The notes under the pieces are model-generated. The model was not told the DNA's origin. It made no database searches and was given only the letters and a program-made list of their open reading frames with translations. A program made the position numbers and the translations under genes. 64,000 nt of DNA from Malacoraja senta (Eukaryota): assembly GCA_038087875.1 (NCBI GenBank), contig CM075984.1:35278001-35342000 (forward strand). Reading direction: 5' to 3'. Below are positions 61,523 to 64,000 of this stretch, piece by piece (positions within the stretch are counted from its first letter, which is position 1; every line of letters starts with the position of its first letter).

Positions 61523-64000
61523 AGACTGGACACTTTATGCTCAAACTCCTCAGCCCTAATCCACTGCTGGCTGTCATAGTAATGAGATGGCACAGTAATG
61601 ATGTACACCCACTAGCATCTTGTGAAAGAGGTTAGTGTGTGCACTTAAATTATTTTCATGCTTTCAATTGTTTATCACCAATTTCAGGTCAGTTTAATTG
61701 AATTAAGTCATGTCGTAAGTCATGTGATGTCATGTTATGTCATAAGTCATGTGATAGGAGTAGAATTAGGCCATTCGGCCCATCAAGACTACTCCGCCAT
61801 TCAATCATGGCTGATCTATCTCACCCTCCTAACCATATTCTCTTGCCTTCTCCCCATAACCTCTGACACCTGTACTAATCAAAAATCTATCCATCTCTGC
61901 AAGAAAAATAAAATTTGGCCTCTACAGCCTTCTGTGGCAAATAATTCCACAGACTAAAGAAATTTCTCCTCTTCTCCTGAAAGGACGTTCACCTTTAATT
62001 CTGAGACCATGACCTCCAGTCCTAGACTCTCCCACTGGGGGAAACATCCTCTCCGCATCACTCTATCCAAACCTTTCACTATTCCATTATGTTTCAATGA
62101 GGTCCCCACTCATTCTCCTAATTTACTTTAACTTTTTAAAAAAGAATTGCTTAAGTTCTCTTGAATGGCTCTGACAATCTATTTAACAATTTTCAGAGGC
62201 CTACAACAGCAGTGACCTGCACATTGGGTGCCTCTCAGGCACAAAGGTGAACTCAACCAAACCCCTGTACCCTTAGGAGATTAGCATAGGTGGTGCACAA
62301 GCAGAGGGGACAGATCCAGGTTGATTGGGTCAGGTCCTTTAATTCCACTCGCCCCTTTAACTATTGCCACCCAGATTGGAGACTGCATTGCTCCAGTTGT
62401 TCCTTGGTGCGGTCAACAAAAAAAGCCAAGTGATGCCTGTTGTTCTAATGTTTAGGAAGTGAACAAAGCTAAATGTGGCAGTGTTAGGAATCTACCATTG
62501 ATTGATTGATACTTTATTTTAAAGTGTACTTGACACAGTGAAATTCTTTGTTTTGCATACAGTACACAAGTATGCAAAGAGTCGCCACGTAAAGGGTGCT
62601 GACAAAGTTACAAAACTATTCAATGTAGTCCCTCTTCCTTCTCCCTTTCTCCCCCCCCCCCCCCAACACCGGGTCCCACTTTGTTCTCAGCACCCCCCCC
62701 CCCACAATGGGGCCCTCTTTGTGCTCGGCGCCACTCCTCTGTTGACCGCCAACACTCACGTGGGCAACAACACCACTGTTTTGATTATAATTCTGTGTCT
62801 CCAAACATAATTATCTAATTAAACATTGTGTTCAAACTCTATTTGTATGATATTTCCACTAAAGGGATGGACCGTTGCATAGCTTTGCTCATCCCTCCAC
62901 GTTGCTAAGGCCTGCAGGTTGCTGTGAGGCTTGCGTTCGGTGCTGATCACCTGATTGGTCTCAGCCTCTCAGATAATCACAGTAAGTTGCCTGATTTCAG
63001 CATTTGTGACAATTCGCATCTGCTGTGCAAAAGAAAAGCCTGACTGTGCCCACCGAGATACAGCAGTCCGAAGTATGGCGGGAAGGAAGACCATTGCCAA
63101 GTGACTTTGCTGCAGTAATGATTCGAGTGCGATAGGTACTGACGATCAGTTTTGTAAATACAGTAGATTAAATGCTGCAGTTGCCTGAAGGTGCGTCTCT
63201 TTTGATCGCTGAACAGCATAGTAAAACCGGTGGAATCAGCAGAGCTGCTGCCGGATTCATTTGCAAGGCTGACACAGGGAACTGCACCATAAAAAAGGAT
63301 AAGGAATTTCCAATCTTTGGACTCTGAGACAGAGCAGATCTGATCCATTGATTGCTAGTTTTAATGCTGTCTTTCTGCCAATCGATCCAGACAGGTACCA
63401 TTCTTGCTTTGGATAATAGATGTCTAGGATTAAATCTAATCACCACAAGCTGGCAACAACAATACTGAGTGATTTGCCCTTTCAGAGTTTAATATGATTA
63501 TCGGGACCTTATTATAGAATCACATTTAATTACCCATGAGAATTTTGTGGGGAATCTGTTTTCACCGTGGGGTGTTTCTTTATTAGTACTCAGTGAAAAA
63601 TCTGAAAGCCTATTATTATGACTATGGTCTGGTGTTCAAAGTAACAGCCGTAACATGGTTGAGTTGTTTCTGAGAGTTTAGTTGCAGTTTCCCTATTTTG
63701 AATAGATACCTGGCACCTCGGCAACAGGGTTACAAGGAAAATACGGAAAGGTGGAATAGGACTGATTGGATTAGACTGATTGGATTGCTCTGTTGGGAGC
63801 TGGCATAGATGCAATGGGCCAATTGGCCTCCTGTGTAATAATAATAATTTCCCTTTAGCACAGCCAAGAACGGAAACAAATGCCGGCCGATTTCTGTGTA
63901 TTTATTTGTCATTACCCCTCTAAAAGAATTTCTACAATGGTGTGTCAAAATTTAGAACTGATCTACCCTATCAAAACCTTTTGCTGAACTGAAAACTGCA
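61523..64000 (+). repeat. Large direct duplication, copy B (runs off the window end)
   Basis: Differences seen versus copy A: C14 vs C11 run, 1653C/63172A, 1700C/63219T, 1853-1854AA/63372-63373TT. Confidence 0.98.

Overview
Vertebrate genomic DNA, most likely an elasmobranch (skate/ray/shark), judged from its HE1-like V-SINE, CR1 and Penelope repeats. It lies inside the + strand gene ARHGEF4 (Asef, a Rho/Rac GEF). Five coding exons are recognisable: the SH3 exon (16971-17150), the linker/DH-start exon (18148-18342), a DH exon with a +1 frameshift (19745-19925), a DH exon cut by a 200-N gap (20410-20501), and the APC-binding-region exon (40701-40840). That last exon should precede the SH3 exon but lies 23.5 kb after it. 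The last 2.5 kb (61523-64000) is a ~99.7% identical copy of 1-2481, so the sequence after the gap restarts upstream in the same gene. This is a ~61.5-kb-offset duplication, most likely uncollapsed haplotypes, though a real partial tandem duplication is not excluded. The rest is intronic and rich in transposable elements: CR1, L2, RTE and Rex1-type LINE fragments, V-SINEs, hAT and Harbinger MITEs, two Helitrons, a solo LTR and a decayed Gypsy relic. About 16 copies of a Penelope-derived terminal repeat carry a minimal hammerhead-ribozyme core (CTGAAGA-A-GGGT-N4-ACCC-GAAAC-GTC). Several are 100-240 bp insertions with their own target-site duplications, and two follow GIY-YIG endonuclease C-termini. 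All comparisons were made by eye; no database searches were run.
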